Assembly (NCBI GenBank): GCA_963710755.1
Contig: CAVQBK010000003.1
Location: forward strand, 704,001 to 768,000
Direction of reading: 5' to 3'
Source: an uncultured bacterium
Lineage (GTDB): Bacteria > Oederibacteriota > JAAXVQ01 > JAUVAV01
Length of the DNA: 64,000 nucleotides
In this document: piece after piece, positions 20,571 through 30,935 of the stretch
Numbering within the stretch: position 1 is the stretch's first letter
How the letters are laid out: every line of letters starts with the position of its first letter
The notes under the pieces: model-generated
Databases searched by the model: none
What the model was told of the DNA's origin: nothing
Seen by the model: only the letters and a program-made list of their open reading frames with translations
Made by a program: the position numbers and the translations under genes

Positions 20571-21904
20571 CCTTTAAGGACGTCCGGCGCGCCCTGACGC
20601 AATGGACAGTCCAGGCCATTAAGCCGGGACTTGCTCGTACCCAAGCCCTTCTGAAATTATGTGGCCACCCTGACCGTCACTTTCCTACCATCCAAGTGGC
20701 CGGCACCAATGGTAAAGGGTCGGTTACCATAATGCTCTCCTCTATTTTAACGGAGGCGGGTTATAAAACCGGTTGCTATAGTTCCCCCCATTTAATCACA
20801 GAAAAAGAGCGCATTATTATCAATCAAAAACCTGTTTCCACGCCGCTGCTGGTTCAAAGTGCCCAAGTGTTGTTACCGGCGTTACAGACCATGATGCAAC
20901 AAGGCCGTCCGGTCACGACCTTCGAAGCCTGGACAGTTTTGGCGGCCTTGGTTTTTGCCCAGGCCCAGGTTAAGGTGGCGGTCATTGAAGTGGGGCTGGG
21001 TGGCCGGTTTGATGCCACCACGGCCCTGAGCCATAGAATGCTGACACTGCTTACCAATATAAATCTTGATCATACGGCGTTTCTCGGTGCCACTAAGGCA
21101 GAAATTTGTTTTGAGAAAATGGGGATTGCCAAAAAAGGGGTGCCTTTGCTTAGCAGTGAACAGGACCCTGCAGTCCGGCGATGTATGCACACTCTGGCCA
21201 AGACCAAAGGAGCACCGCTGTATTTTTGCGGGTCCTGGAGCAAAGATAGGATTCAACTGCTGGAGCAGCGGGATGTTCAAGACGGTTGCCAGGTCCGTCT
21301 GCAGGGACCATGGCCAAAACCATGGTTATTAACTGCAGCATTGCATGGCAGTTTTCAAGCGCTCAATATCAGTCTGGCCGTGATGGCCGCCCAATGGCTG
21401 GAGGAGCAAGGCTGGGAAATTTCCCGTCCAAAGATGGAAGAAGGATTACATCGGGTGGTGTGGCCGGGACGAATGGAACAACTGTATGCCCACCCCCGGG
21501 TTGTTTTGGATGGAGGCCACAATCCGTCGGCTATAGCGGCCGTGCTCAAGGCGCTTCATCCCCGGCCTCAAAGCATTACTCTTGTATTGGGGATGATGAA
21601 AGATAAAGCGGCCGCTGAGATGGTCGCCAGCCTGGCCCCCTGGGTGCGCCAAGCCTGGGTGTTTCCGTCTCCTTATAAGCAACGCGGGTTGGACCCCGGT
21701 CAATTGGCTGCCATGTTGGAATCCCACGGGGTCTATGTCATTAGCAGAGGTTCCCTTAAACAAGCGGTAATGCAAGCAATAAATGCAACACCTAAAAGCG
21801 GATGGGTGCTTATTATAGGATCTTTATACCATATTGCCGCCGCTCGCAAGGCGGTGCACCAATGGCAAAGGCACCCAATGGCCGGGTCAAGCCCTAATGA
21901 TTGA
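20567..21904 (+). CDS. folC: Folylpolyglutamate synthase/dihydrofolate synthase
   Basis: VAGTNGKGS, EVGLGGRFDAT, WPGR and DGGHN motifs. Confidence 0.95.
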   Translation: MTFKDVRRALTQWTVQAIKPGLARTQALLKLCGHPDRHFPTIQVAGTNGKGSVTIMLSSILTEAGYKTGCYSSPHLITEKERIIINQKPVSTPLLVQSAQVLLPALQTMMQQGRPVTTFEAWTVLAALVFAQAQVKVAVIEVGLGGRFDATTALSHRMLTLLTNINLDHTAFLGATKAEICFEKMGIAKKGVPLLSSEQDPAVRRCMHTLAKTKGAPLYFCGSWSKDRIQLLEQRDVQDGCQVRLQGPWPKPWLLTAALHGSFQALNISLAVMAAQWLEEQGWEISRPKMEEGLHRVVWPGRMEQLYAHPRVVLDGGHNPSAIAAVLKALHPRPQSITLVLGMMKDKAAAEMVASLAPWVRQAWVFPSPYKQRGLDPGQLAAMLESHGVYVISRGSLKQAVMQAINATPKSGWVLIIGSLYHIAAARKAVHQWQRHPMAGSSPND

Positions 21905-21929
21905 CAGCCGAAACTTCATTGGGTATACT
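21901..21929 (+). promoter_or_regulatory. Near-consensus sigma70 promoter
   Basis: TTGACA-N17-TATACT. Confidence 0.7.
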
Positions 21930-21958
21930 TAAGCATTCATGCTGTGGCGGGAGGGGAT

Positions 21959-22633
21959 ATGCAAGTCCTGGCTTGGATAATAGTTTTTATTGGGCTGTGG
22001 CTATCAACCAGTTATGCTGAATCTTATCAGCAAATTATGGCGATTCAGCATGCTCAATTATATGGGGATAAAATTGCCCTGCCTGACACATCACGCCAGC
22101 AAGTAGTCAGTCAGGGTCAGGAATATATACGCAATATGTTACGGGAACAAATGTTGAAATCTGTACCCCGGGCTTGGCTCAATGGCAGCTGGTTGCTCTC
22201 CAATGAGGACCAGGCGCATGCCGGGGTGGAAACCAATCTGACCAGGAAGCTGTGGGGAAATGATTGGCCCATGGATATGGTGGTCAGGGTCTATGCTGAT
22301 GAAGATATTAATCATTATTTGACCTGCGGCTGGTGCTTACCGGTGGAAATGGAAATGGAAACCAGCTACCAGATGACCAAGCAGGTAAGATTAAATGCCA
22401 AAGTTGATGCGCCGTTGAACAGTTTACTCAGACTGCAGGTGGGATCTGAAATGACCTGGTCTGATCTTATATCTTCCCATTTCACCTATAGTGTAAGCAA
22501 TGGCAGCGAGAGTTATGACGGTGTTTCCTTGGCCATTGGGGTAAACCTTTCTTCCTGGAAGTTGAAATTCAATTATGACATGGACGCCCATTTTACCCAG
22601 CTCCACTATTTGTCCTTGGCACGTAAATTTTAG
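21959..22633 (+). CDS. Exported hypothetical protein, probable small outer-membrane beta-barrel
   Basis: Signal peptide (SYA/E), alternating-hydrophobic strands, C-terminal YLSLARKF; GGAGG RBS. Confidence 0.6.
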   Translation: MQVLAWIIVFIGLWLSTSYAESYQQIMAIQHAQLYGDKIALPDTSRQQVVSQGQEYIRNMLREQMLKSVPRAWLNGSWLLSNEDQAHAGVETNLTRKLWGNDWPMDMVVRVYADEDINHYLTCGWCLPVEMEMETSYQMTKQVRLNAKVDAPLNSLLRLQVGSEMTWSDLISSHFTYSVSNGSESYDGVSLAIGVNLSSWKLKFNYDMDAHFTQLHYLSLARKF

Positions 22634-22721
22634 ACCAGCCCTGCTTTACCCACGTCCTTTACCATTCTCTGAGCGGATCATGATTTTCTTTTAAAATCAA
22701 GTGCAATACCGGTGCAGCGCA

Positions 22722-22750
22722 TTGACAAGGCCAGGGGCCTATGCTACATT
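22722..22750 (+). promoter_or_regulatory. Sigma70 promoter of the lysA-dap genes
   Basis: TTGACA-N17-TACATT with extended -10 TG. Confidence 0.55.
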
Positions 22751-22811
22751 TCCTATTTTATACCCGTCCTGGCAGACGGGGAATTATTTTTAAGCCTGGA
22801 GGCAGTCAGCC

Positions 22812-24068
22812 ATGGACGAATTTAAGTTTAAAAAAGGGCAATTGTATTGTGAACAGGTGCCTGTGGCGGACGTGGTTAAAACCTATGGCACACCCGTATA
22901 TCTGTATAGCCAACAGACCATCCTGAGTCATTTTAGAAAGATCCAGCATGCATTTGCGGCTATTGAGCCTTTAATCTGTTATTCCGTTAAGGCCAATTCC
23001 AACCTTTCCATTTTAAGGTTGTTGGCCCGGGAAGGTTCAGGTTTTGACATTGTCTCTCAGGGGGAGTTGATCCGCGGGCAACAGGTGGGTGTTCCGGCTA
23101 CAAAAATTGTATACGCCGGTGTAGGCAAAACGGAAAAGGAAATTGCAGCAGCCCTTAAAGCTGGTATCTTGATGTTCAATGTCGAATCGGAACCAGAAGC
23201 ACGGTTGATCAATCAGGTGGCCGCCCGTTTAAAGAAAATAGCCCGAGTGGCTTTTAGAATCAATCCGGATGTTGATGCCAAGACTCATCACTATATTACC
23301 ACCGGTAAAAAAGAGAACAAATTCGGACTCTCCATTCCCCTGGCGATGGATTTGTTTCGCACCACCAGACGTCTGGCTCATTTGCAGCCCGTGGGTGTCC
23401 ATGTGCATATCGGGTCGCAAATCACCACCGTAACACCCTACTTGCAGGCCATTAAGAAAATGCAAGGGGTTATTCAGGACTTGCGGGGACAAGGATTTGA
23501 TATTCAGTATTTCAATATCGGCGGCGGCCTGGGGATTATCTATGACGAAGAGCGGCCGCAAACAGCCGATGAATTCGCCCAAGCCGTTATCCCGCTGCTC
23601 ACCCCCTTGGGGTGTAAAGTGATTCTGGAGCCAGGACGGTTCATTGTGGGTAACGCCGGTATTTTAGTGACCACCGTTCAATATGTTAAAAAAGGTCATT
23701 TGAAATCCTTCGCCATTGTGGATGGCGGCATGAATGATTTAATCAGGCCCAGCCTTTACGGCGCTTATCATCATATCGTGCCGGTGAAGCAAAAGAAAAC
23801 AACGGCGCCCATGTTAACCGATATCGTAGGGCCTATTTGCGAATCCGGTGATTTTTTAGGTAAAGACAGGCATTTGCCGGTGCTCAAGTCCGGGGACTTG
23901 CTGGCCGTGCGCAGCTGCGGTGCCTATGGCATGGTGATGGCCTCCAATTATAACTCCCGGCCCCGACCGGCCGAAGTCATGGTGGATGGCAGCAGGGTTA
24001 AAGTGATTAAAAAACGTGAAACTATGGAAAATTTACTGGCTTTGGAAATTGAGGCCGTAAAAAAATAA
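22812..24068 (+). CDS. lysA: Diaminopimelate decarboxylase
   Basis: YSVKAN, HIGSQ, EPGR, GPICESGD and YNSRP motifs. Confidence 0.97.
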   Translation: MDEFKFKKGQLYCEQVPVADVVKTYGTPVYLYSQQTILSHFRKIQHAFAAIEPLICYSVKANSNLSILRLLAREGSGFDIVSQGELIRGQQVGVPATKIVYAGVGKTEKEIAAALKAGILMFNVESEPEARLINQVAARLKKIARVAFRINPDVDAKTHHYITTGKKENKFGLSIPLAMDLFRTTRRLAHLQPVGVHVHIGSQITTVTPYLQAIKKMQGVIQDLRGQGFDIQYFNIGGGLGIIYDEERPQTADEFAQAVIPLLTPLGCKVILEPGRFIVGNAGILVTTVQYVKKGHLKSFAIVDGGMNDLIRPSLYGAYHHIVPVKQKKTTAPMLTDIVGPICESGDFLGKDRHLPVLKSGDLLAVRSCGAYGMVMASNYNSRPRPAEVMVDGSRVKVIKKRETMENLLALEIEAVKK

Positions 24069-24096
24069 GACCGTCTGTCAAGAAAAGAGTGAGGCT

Positions 24097-24948
24097 ATGG
24101 AAACTTGGACTTTTGCCAAAATGTCAGGCGCCGGCAATGACTTTATTGTTATTGACAACCGGCAGGGACAATTCGACAGCACGGATAGGACGTTGATCCG
24201 GCAATTATGCACGCGCCGTCTCTCCGTGGGGGCCGATGGCTTAATGTTGCTTTCAACGACCGCCCAGGCGGATTTTAGTATGACCTATTTTAATGCCGAC
24301 GGATCCCAGGCTGCCATGTGCGGCAATGGTGGCAGATGCATTGCCCGTTTCGCGGTCTTACTCGGCATCGTGGCTGACGGGGCATCCATGGAATTTATTG
24401 CCCCCTCCGGCCGTTACCAGGCCGTGGTTTCGGGTATGCAGGTGGATTTGAAGCTTATTCCACCACCCGTCGTCCCTGCAGCGGTCATGGTCAATATTGA
24501 CGGGCAACCGGTTGCTTTGGATGTCACCGACACCGGGGTACCCCATGCGGTCATGGTGGTACCCAAGGTTGAGTTAGTGGATGTGGAGCGCTTAGGGCGG
24601 TTGATCAGAACCCATCCTCAATTTCAACCGCATGGCGTTAACGCCAATTTTATCGAAATCGTTGATGATCATACCCTCAAGATCAGAACTTATGAACGGG
24701 GTGTGGAAGGTGAGACCCTGGCGTGCGGCACCGGCGCTGCGGCCGCGGCGTTGATTGCAGCCACTAAAGGACTGGTGATCAGTCCGGTTAAAGCCATTAC
24801 CAAAAGCACGGCGGTGTTGGAAATGACCTTGGCCATGGAGGCTGGCTTGACCACCCTGCTCCGGCAAAAAGGGGAAGCCCGCCTAATCTATTGGGGCGAG
24901 GGCCATCGGGAAGCTTGGGCGTTTTCAGCATCAGCTCCGATTGTCTGA
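24097..24948 (+). CDS. dapF: Diaminopimelate epimerase
   Basis: GAGNDF, MCGNG and ERGVEGETLACGTG motifs. Confidence 0.96.
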   Translation: METWTFAKMSGAGNDFIVIDNRQGQFDSTDRTLIRQLCTRRLSVGADGLMLLSTTAQADFSMTYFNADGSQAAMCGNGGRCIARFAVLLGIVADGASMEFIAPSGRYQAVVSGMQVDLKLIPPPVVPAAVMVNIDGQPVALDVTDTGVPHAVMVVPKVELVDVERLGRLIRTHPQFQPHGVNANFIEIVDDHTLKIRTYERGVEGETLACGTGAAAAALIAATKGLVISPVKAITKSTAVLEMTLAMEAGLTTLLRQKGEARLIYWGEGHREAWAFSASAPIV

Positions 24949-25060
24949 TCTCATAGCCACAATACCTTTGATAGGGACGGCATGCATTAGAATTATCTCC
25001 CTGTTTCACTTCTCAAGTGAACGGTCTCCGGGCAAGCCCGGGGAAGGATGGGAACCTGTT

Positions 25061-25100
25061 AAAAAATAGTGCAGGCAGCGGCATGGCCGCTGCCTGCACT
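25061..25100. terminator. Perfect GC-rich hairpin between dapF and dapA
   Basis: AGTGCAGGCAGCGG-catgg-CCGCTGCCTGCACT preceded by A6, so terminator-like on the minus strand. Confidence 0.5.
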
Positions 25101-25123
25101 CAGTATTGGTACGAGGAGGAGAA

Positions 25124-25999
25124 ATGGTCACAGGATCCATGGTAGCTTTGATCACCCCTTTCCAGGATGATCGCGTTGATGAAGGAACATTAAAAAAATT
25201 AATCGATTTTCAAATTGAAAATGGTACGGATGTTATCGTGCCTTGCGGCACCACGGGGGAATCGGCCACCTTGTCCAACGAGGAACACCATCAGGTGATC
25301 GATATCACCGTGGCCCAAGTCAACAAGCGCGTTCCCGTGATTGCTGGAACAGGGTCGAATAGCACCACCGAAGCCATTGCCATGACCAAGGCCGCCAAAG
25401 CCGCCGGTGCCGATGCCTCCTTGTCTGTGGTGCCTTATTACAATAAACCCACGCAAGAGGGTGTTTACCGGCATTATATGACCATTGCCGAAAAAACCGA
25501 TTTTCCCTTTGTACTCTATAATATTCAAGGCCGAACGGGCATTAATGTTCTGCCGGAAACAGTGGCCCGTATTGCCCAAGCCTGCCCGCTCTTGGTGGGG
25601 GTTAAGGAAGCATCGGGCAACTTGGAACAAATCAGCCGATTGCATAGGCTCGTTGGCAACAAAGTGGCTATTTTAAGTGGTGATGATGCCCTCACCCTAC
25701 CGGTAATGGCCATTGGTGGCGACGGGGTGATTTCCGTAGTGGCCAATATTGCGCCCAGGCAAACCAAAGCCTTGGTGCAAGCCTGGAACGACGGTCGCGT
25801 GCAGGAAGCTTTAAGCTTGCATGAGCAGTTGATGCCTCTGGTCAAGGCCTTGTTCCTGGAGAGCAATCCCGGTCCGGTGAAAAAAGCGGCCTCTTTAATG
25901 GGACTATGCGGCCAGGCCTTAAGGTTGCCTATGGTGGAACCCAGTTCTTCCACAGTTGAAATTTTAGAAAAGGAAATGCGACAGCTGGGTCTGCTTTAA
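25124..25999 (+). CDS. dapA: 4-hydroxy-tetrahydrodipicolinate synthase
   Basis: GTTGES, PYYNKP, LYN and GVKEASG motifs. Confidence 0.97.
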   Translation: MVTGSMVALITPFQDDRVDEGTLKKLIDFQIENGTDVIVPCGTTGESATLSNEEHHQVIDITVAQVNKRVPVIAGTGSNSTTEAIAMTKAAKAAGADASLSVVPYYNKPTQEGVYRHYMTIAEKTDFPFVLYNIQGRTGINVLPETVARIAQACPLLVGVKEASGNLEQISRLHRLVGNKVAILSGDDALTLPVMAIGGDGVISVVANIAPRQTKALVQAWNDGRVQEALSLHEQLMPLVKALFLESNPGPVKKAASLMGLCGQALRLPMVEPSSSTVEILEKEMRQLGLL

Positions 26000-26209
26000 T
26001 ACGTTTTCCTTCATCCCCGGGGAAGAAGGAAAAATAAAAAAATCCACTCTTATAAAATTCCCTGCGGTTTGCGCAGGTAATTTTAATCAGGCCAGGAGCA
26101 TGACAACAGCCGGAGATTTTATTGACGGCCAGTGCAGGAATGGAAAAGAATCACCGCAGGGAAAGGTCGCGACCATTTTTGCCACCAGAATAGGGACAGG
26201 GAGGTTGAA

Positions 26210-27016
26210 ATGACGAAAATTGGTGTTGCCGGCGCTGCCGGCAGAATGGGTCGAGCCTTAATCCGTGCGGTTATGGGTCATCCCCAGCTGACCTTGGGTG
26301 CAGCTTGGGAGATGAAAGGTCATGCTTTGATTGGTCAGGATGCAGGCACTTTGGCCGGACTTGAGGCAAATGGCATTCTCCTTGGCGAAGATAATCAGAA
26401 AGCCCTGGATCATTGTGATATTATTATAGACTTTACTACACCTGAAGTTACGATGCAGACTATGATTTTGGCTGTGGCCAAAGGCAAAGGCATGGTGATC
26501 GGCACTACCGGTCTTTCACCGGAACAACACCAGACTATGCAAAAAGCCGCTCAATCCATTCCTATTGTTTACGCCACCAATTTTTCCACGGGCATCAACC
26601 TGTTATGGTCTTTAGTCACCCAAGCGGCCCAGATTTTAGGTGAGGAATATAATGTGGAAATTATCGAAGCTCATCATAATATGAAAAAAGATGCTCCCTC
26701 GGGGACGGCCCTGACCCTTTTGGAACGACTCTGTGAAGCCAAAGGTCTGGATCCCAGTGAAGCGGCCCAATACGGCCGGGAAGGCCTGATCGGTCCCAGG
26801 GCCAAAAACGAGGTAGGCATACATGCCCTGAGAGCAGGCGACATTGTGGGTGACCATCTGGTATTGTTTGCCGGGCCAGGGGAACGGTTGGAATTAAAGC
26901 ATCAAGCCCATTCACGCGATACCTTTGCCCAGGGCGCGGTCAGGGCGGCCCACTGGCTGAGTGCCAAAGTGCCCGGCCTGTATCACATGAGCGATGTTTT
27001 GAATCTTAAAAACTAA
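26210..27016 (+). CDS. dapB: 4-hydroxy-tetrahydrodipicolinate reductase
   Basis: GAAGRMG, GTTG and EAHH..KKDAPSGTA motifs; GGAGG RBS before ATG 26210. Confidence 0.97.
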   Translation: MTKIGVAGAAGRMGRALIRAVMGHPQLTLGAAWEMKGHALIGQDAGTLAGLEANGILLGEDNQKALDHCDIIIDFTTPEVTMQTMILAVAKGKGMVIGTTGLSPEQHQTMQKAAQSIPIVYATNFSTGINLLWSLVTQAAQILGEEYNVEIIEAHHNMKKDAPSGTALTLLERLCEAKGLDPSEAAQYGREGLIGPRAKNEVGIHALRAGDIVGDHLVLFAGPGERLELKHQAHSRDTFAQGAVRAAHWLSAKVPGLYHMSDVLNLKN

Positions 27017-27235
27017 ATGGATTAGGCGTTTTAAGGAAAAAAGACGGCTTTGCTTAAAACCCTTTGCTTATTGCTGATTTTTGTGTACAATTTTTAACGA
27101 CAAAGATGATCCTAAGCCCGGTTAACAAATTTTGCTTGGAAGGTCGGGAGTTATTGGCCAGAAGCAACCGAGCCTGTTTGTAATATGGGAGCGGGTCACT
27201 ATTAAGAAGGATATCAACGAAAGCAGGTACACAGC

Positions 27236-27628
27236 ATGAGTGCAATCAAACTTGATCGAAAAGGGTTAACCATGTTGGGTTATGGTATTGTGGACGTGGC
27301 CATTAACTCCAATAATGTGTGGGAAGCTGTGATTGAGCCCATCAGGGACGGACAATACACCAAAAAGTTGAATGCATTGATCAAAAAAGTGATTCCCGAA
27401 CCAGATGCCCGCGAAATATATGAAGAAATTTTGAATTATAAATGGTTGCAGACCGAAAACATGGTCAAAGCCGGTAAACTGGAAGCTGGATCATCACTGA
27501 CCCTGAGAGAAGCAGCCGACGAATGGATGAAAAAACATTATCCTGCCTGGAAAGCAGCGCGGCCAACGCCTTGGGAACTGACGGATCATAGTGACACCCT
27601 TTCCCCTCCCACTGGTGAGGATCAGTAA
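27236..27628 (+). CDS. Small DUF4032-like protein
   Basis: EIYEEILNYKWL.TE...A..EW pattern. Confidence 0.6.
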   Translation: MSAIKLDRKGLTMLGYGIVDVAINSNNVWEAVIEPIRDGQYTKKLNALIKKVIPEPDAREIYEEILNYKWLQTENMVKAGKLEAGSSLTLREAADEWMKKHYPAWKAARPTPWELTDHSDTLSPPTGEDQ

Positions 27629-27652
27629 AACTTGGTTGTGAAGGTCTGGGGT

Positions 27653-28168
27653 ATGTTAGTCTGTTATATTGCTTTGGGTTCGAATATTGAGCCACGTGAA
27701 TATTACTTAAAGGAAGCGGTCAGGCTGCTTCGTTTGGAACCGGGCATCGAGCTGGGGGAATGGTCCACTATTGTTCAAAGCCAGGCGCAAACCAGCGAGC
27801 CACAACCTGATTTTTTAAATGCGGTCATTGAAGTTCGGACCAGGCTGGCGCCTTATGACTTACTAGCTGTACTCATGGCTATCGAAGCACGTTGCGGAAG
27901 GCAACGATCACGTTGGCAAGCGCCGCGAACATTGGACTTGGATTTATTGATGTATGGGCAGGAAATTATTGAAACACCGACGTTAACCATTCCTCATCCC
28001 CGCATGCAGGAGCGGGCGTTTGTCCTGGGGCCGTTGGCGGAAATTGCGCCTGCGGTGCTACATCCCCTCAGTCATCAGACTATCGCTGCATTGCTGACAA
28101 AAGTTTCCCATCAGGTGCTCCAGCCCTGGCCGGGCGGAAAGTCGTGGGCAGCATCTTTTAAGGAGTAG
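27653..28168 (+). CDS. folK: 6-hydroxymethyl-7,8-dihydropterin pyrophosphokinase
   Basis: IALGSN, FLNAV, PRTLDLDLL and IPHPRM.ERAFVL motifs. Confidence 0.95.
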   Translation: MLVCYIALGSNIEPREYYLKEAVRLLRLEPGIELGEWSTIVQSQAQTSEPQPDFLNAVIEVRTRLAPYDLLAVLMAIEARCGRQRSRWQAPRTLDLDLLMYGQEIIETPTLTIPHPRMQERAFVLGPLAEIAPAVLHPLSHQTIAALLTKVSHQVLQPWPGGKSWAASFKE

Positions 28169-28174
28169 GATTAA

Positions 28175-28819
28175 GTGGACACAAATAGGTATATCGTGGT
28201 GGAAGGTGTACTGGGGGTGGGCAAGACCAGCTTATGTGAATGCCTGGCCAAGGAATTTGGTGCCCGCTTGGTGCTGGAAGCTTCCGATGAAAATCCCTTT
28301 TTGGAAAAATTTTACCAAGATCAGCGAACCTATGCCTTTCAAACCCAGATTTTTTTTCTGCTCAACCGCTACCGTCAGCAACAGGCCATCGCGCAAGGTG
28401 ATTTGTTTCACCGTAATCTGATATGTGATTACCTGTTTGCCAAGGACAGAATTTTTGCCTACTTGAACCTCGACGAAAACGAATTGAATTTATATGAACG
28501 CCTATGCGGGCTGTTGGCGGAAACCGTAATGAGTCCGGACTTGGTTATTTATTTACAGGCGTCCACGGAGACCCTGATGCAACGCTTGCATCAACGGGGG
28601 CGAAAGTACGAGAAGGCCTTGGATCCAGCTTATATTGAACGGCTTAATCAGGCCTATAATTATTATTTTTTCCACTATCAGGAAACCCCTTTGCTGGTGG
28701 TCAATACCAATGATATTGATTTTGTTCACAGCCGGCAGGACCTGAATGATCTTATCAGCCACATCAAAACCATGGGCAAAGGCACGCAGTATTATACGCC
28801 TGCCGGATTTCAAGGATAA
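28175..28819 (+). CDS. Deoxynucleoside kinase
   Basis: VEGVLGVGKTS, NPFL..FY and PDLVIYLQA motifs. Confidence 0.92.
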   Translation: MDTNRYIVVEGVLGVGKTSLCECLAKEFGARLVLEASDENPFLEKFYQDQRTYAFQTQIFFLLNRYRQQQAIAQGDLFHRNLICDYLFAKDRIFAYLNLDENELNLYERLCGLLAETVMSPDLVIYLQASTETLMQRLHQRGRKYEKALDPAYIERLNQAYNYYFFHYQETPLLVVNTNDIDFVHSRQDLNDLISHIKTMGKGTQYYTPAGFQG

Positions 28820-28823
28820 GGCC

Positions 28824-29657
28824 ATGGCTGTCACGGTCCGTCATCTTCAGCAATGGAAAGCAGCGCAGGAAAAATTTACGGTTCTTACGGTTTACGATTA
28901 TGCCTTTGCCAAGCTAATGGCCCAGGCCCAGGTGCCGGTGTTACTGGTCGGTGATTCCCTGGGTCAAGTGGTTTTGGGATTTAATAGCACCCTGCCGGTA
29001 ACGATGGAGGATATGCTTCGTCATACCGGTGCGGTAACACGGGGAGCGCCCGAGGCGCTGGTCGTAGCGGATTTACCCTTTATGTCCTACCAGGTCTGTG
29101 TGCATGAGGCGGTGACCAATGCCGGACGCCTGCTCAAAGAAGGTGGAGCCCAGGCGGTAAAGTTGGAAGGAGGCCAGGACATGGCCGAGGTTATCCGCGC
29201 CATTGTTAGGGCCGGCATCCCGGTTATGGGCCATATCGGCTTGACCCCCCAAGCGGTGAACCAGCTGGGCGGCTATAAAACCCAGGCCACCGACAGTGCC
29301 GGGGAGCGGCGTCTGCTGGCAGACGCCAAGGCCGTGGAAGAAGCGGGTGCTTTCGCGGTGGTGTTGGAAAAAATTCCCGACCAAGTTGCTGCCAAAGTTA
29401 CCAAAGCATTGAGTATTCCCACCATTGGCATTGGCGCCGGCCCGGCCTGTGACGGCCAGGTTTTGGTTAGTTATGACTTGCTGGGTCTGTTCAGCGATTA
29501 TGTTCCCCCCTTTGTCAAACAATACGCCCAATTGGGGGAAACAACCAAAGAGGCGGTAAGCCGCTTTGTGAATGATGTTAAAAAAGGACTATTTCCGCAA
29601 GCAACGGGGTCTAGTTCTAGATCGCGGGTACGGGCCAGAGGGAAGGGAAAAAAGTGA
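28824..29657 (+). CDS. panB: 3-methyl-2-oxobutanoate hydroxymethyltransferase
   Basis: LVGDSLG, VKLEGG, GHIGLTPQ and IGIGAG motifs. Confidence 0.97.
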   Translation: MAVTVRHLQQWKAAQEKFTVLTVYDYAFAKLMAQAQVPVLLVGDSLGQVVLGFNSTLPVTMEDMLRHTGAVTRGAPEALVVADLPFMSYQVCVHEAVTNAGRLLKEGGAQAVKLEGGQDMAEVIRAIVRAGIPVMGHIGLTPQAVNQLGGYKTQATDSAGERRLLADAKAVEEAGAFAVVLEKIPDQVAAKVTKALSIPTIGIGAGPACDGQVLVSYDLLGLFSDYVPPFVKQYAQLGETTKEAVSRFVNDVKKGLFPQATGSSSRSRVRARGKGKK

Positions 29658-30514
29658 AAACCATCAGTACCATAAAAGAACTTAAAACTACGGTAGAGCG
29701 CTGGCGTTGCACTAAGAAGAAAGTAGGTGTAGTGCTGACCATGGGGGCCCTGCATGAAGGCCATTTGGCCTTGGTTAGGGCTGCCAAGGCGGAGTGCCAA
29801 AAAGTGGTGGTCACGATTTTTGTCAATCCCATGCAATTCGGTCCTAATGAAGATTATGCCACCTATCCCCGGGATACCAAAAAAGACACCCGCCTGCTCA
29901 CCAACGAAAAAGTAGACCTCTTGTTTGCGCCCAGTGTGGAGAGCCTCTACCCCCAGGGTTTTGGGACACAGGTGCTGGTACCGGAAGGGCTGACTAAGGT
30001 TTTGTGCGGCGCCGCCCGGCCCGGACATTTTAACGGGGTGGCGGTGGTAGTAACCAAACTGCTCAATCTTTGTCATGGTCATGTGGCTTATTTTGGTCAA
30101 AAGGATTATCAGCAAACCTTGGTGATCAAACGCCTGGTGGAAGATCTGAATCTGGGGACGGAAATCAAGGTGTTGCCCACGGTCCGGGAAGCCGACGGTC
30201 TGGCTAAGAGTTCGCGTAATGCTTATCTTTCCGAAGATGAACGCCGGGCAGCCCCAGCCATTTATCAGGCCCTGAAGCTGGCGGAAGGCATGTTGCAGGT
30301 GGGAGAACGCAATCCGGAATCGCTTAAGGAAGCAGTTAAAAAGCGATTGGCCAGTGAACCACGCCTGGAGATTGAGTACATCGCCACGAAAGATGCGACT
30401 ACCTTGGAGGACTTGAATATTTTATCGGGCAAGGTATTGGTGGCCGTGGCTGTCAAATTGGGTAAAGCCCGTCTGATTGATAATGTTGTCGTCGACGTAG
30501 AGACAGGGAGTTGA
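29654..30514 (+). CDS. panC: Pantoate-beta-alanine ligase
   Basis: [23 protein letters not shown] and RLIDN motifs. Confidence 0.97.
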   Translation: MKTISTIKELKTTVERWRCTKKKVGVVLTMGALHEGHLALVRAAKAECQKVVVTIFVNPMQFGPNEDYATYPRDTKKDTRLLTNEKVDLLFAPSVESLYPQGFGTQVLVPEGLTKVLCGAARPGHFNGVAVVVTKLLNLCHGHVAYFGQKDYQQTLVIKRLVEDLNLGTEIKVLPTVREADGLAKSSRNAYLSEDERRAAPAIYQALKLAEGMLQVGERNPESLKEAVKKRLASEPRLEIEYIATKDATTLEDLNILSGKVLVAVAVKLGKARLIDNVVVDVETGS

Positions 30515-30518
30515 AGTC

Positions 30519-30935
30519 ATGATCAAACGTTTTTTAATGAAATCTAAAATACACCGGGCCACGGTCACCGGGGCCCATCTCAATTATATGGGCAGTATAA
30601 CCATTGATAAAGCATTGATGGAGGCCGTGGATATTCTGCCCAACGAAAAGGTGCACGTGCTTAACCTGGATAATGGCGCCCGCATCGAGACTTATGTGAT
30701 TACCGGTAAGCGCGGTTCCGGTCAGGTCCGTCTCAATGGGGCGGCGGCCCGCTTCTTTACCAAGCATGACCGTGTCATCATCATTGCCTATGCCCAGGTG
30801 GGGGACGACGAGCTTAAAACGTTTCATCCCCGGGTGGCTTTCGTGGACAGTAAAAACAATTTAACTGAATTGCGGGTGGACCAAGTCCGTCTTCACCGCC
30901 AATTGCCGCCTCCTAAAAAAGGAGCCAAGTCATGA
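30519..30935 (+). CDS. panD: Aspartate 1-decarboxylase
   Basis: [17 protein letters not shown] (G-S autocleavage site) and NGAAAR motifs. Confidence 0.97.
   Translation: MIKRFLMKSKIHRATVTGAHLNYMGSITIDKALMEAVDILPNEKVHVLNLDNGARIETYVITGKRGSGQVRLNGAAARFFTKHDRVIIIAYAQVGDDELKTFHPRVAFVDSKNNLTELRVDQVRLHRQLPPPKKGAKS

Noticed and set aside
22634-22811. Lysine riboswitch before lysA (also checked dapA)
   Set aside because: Leader too short after the promoter and conserved riboswitch motifs absent
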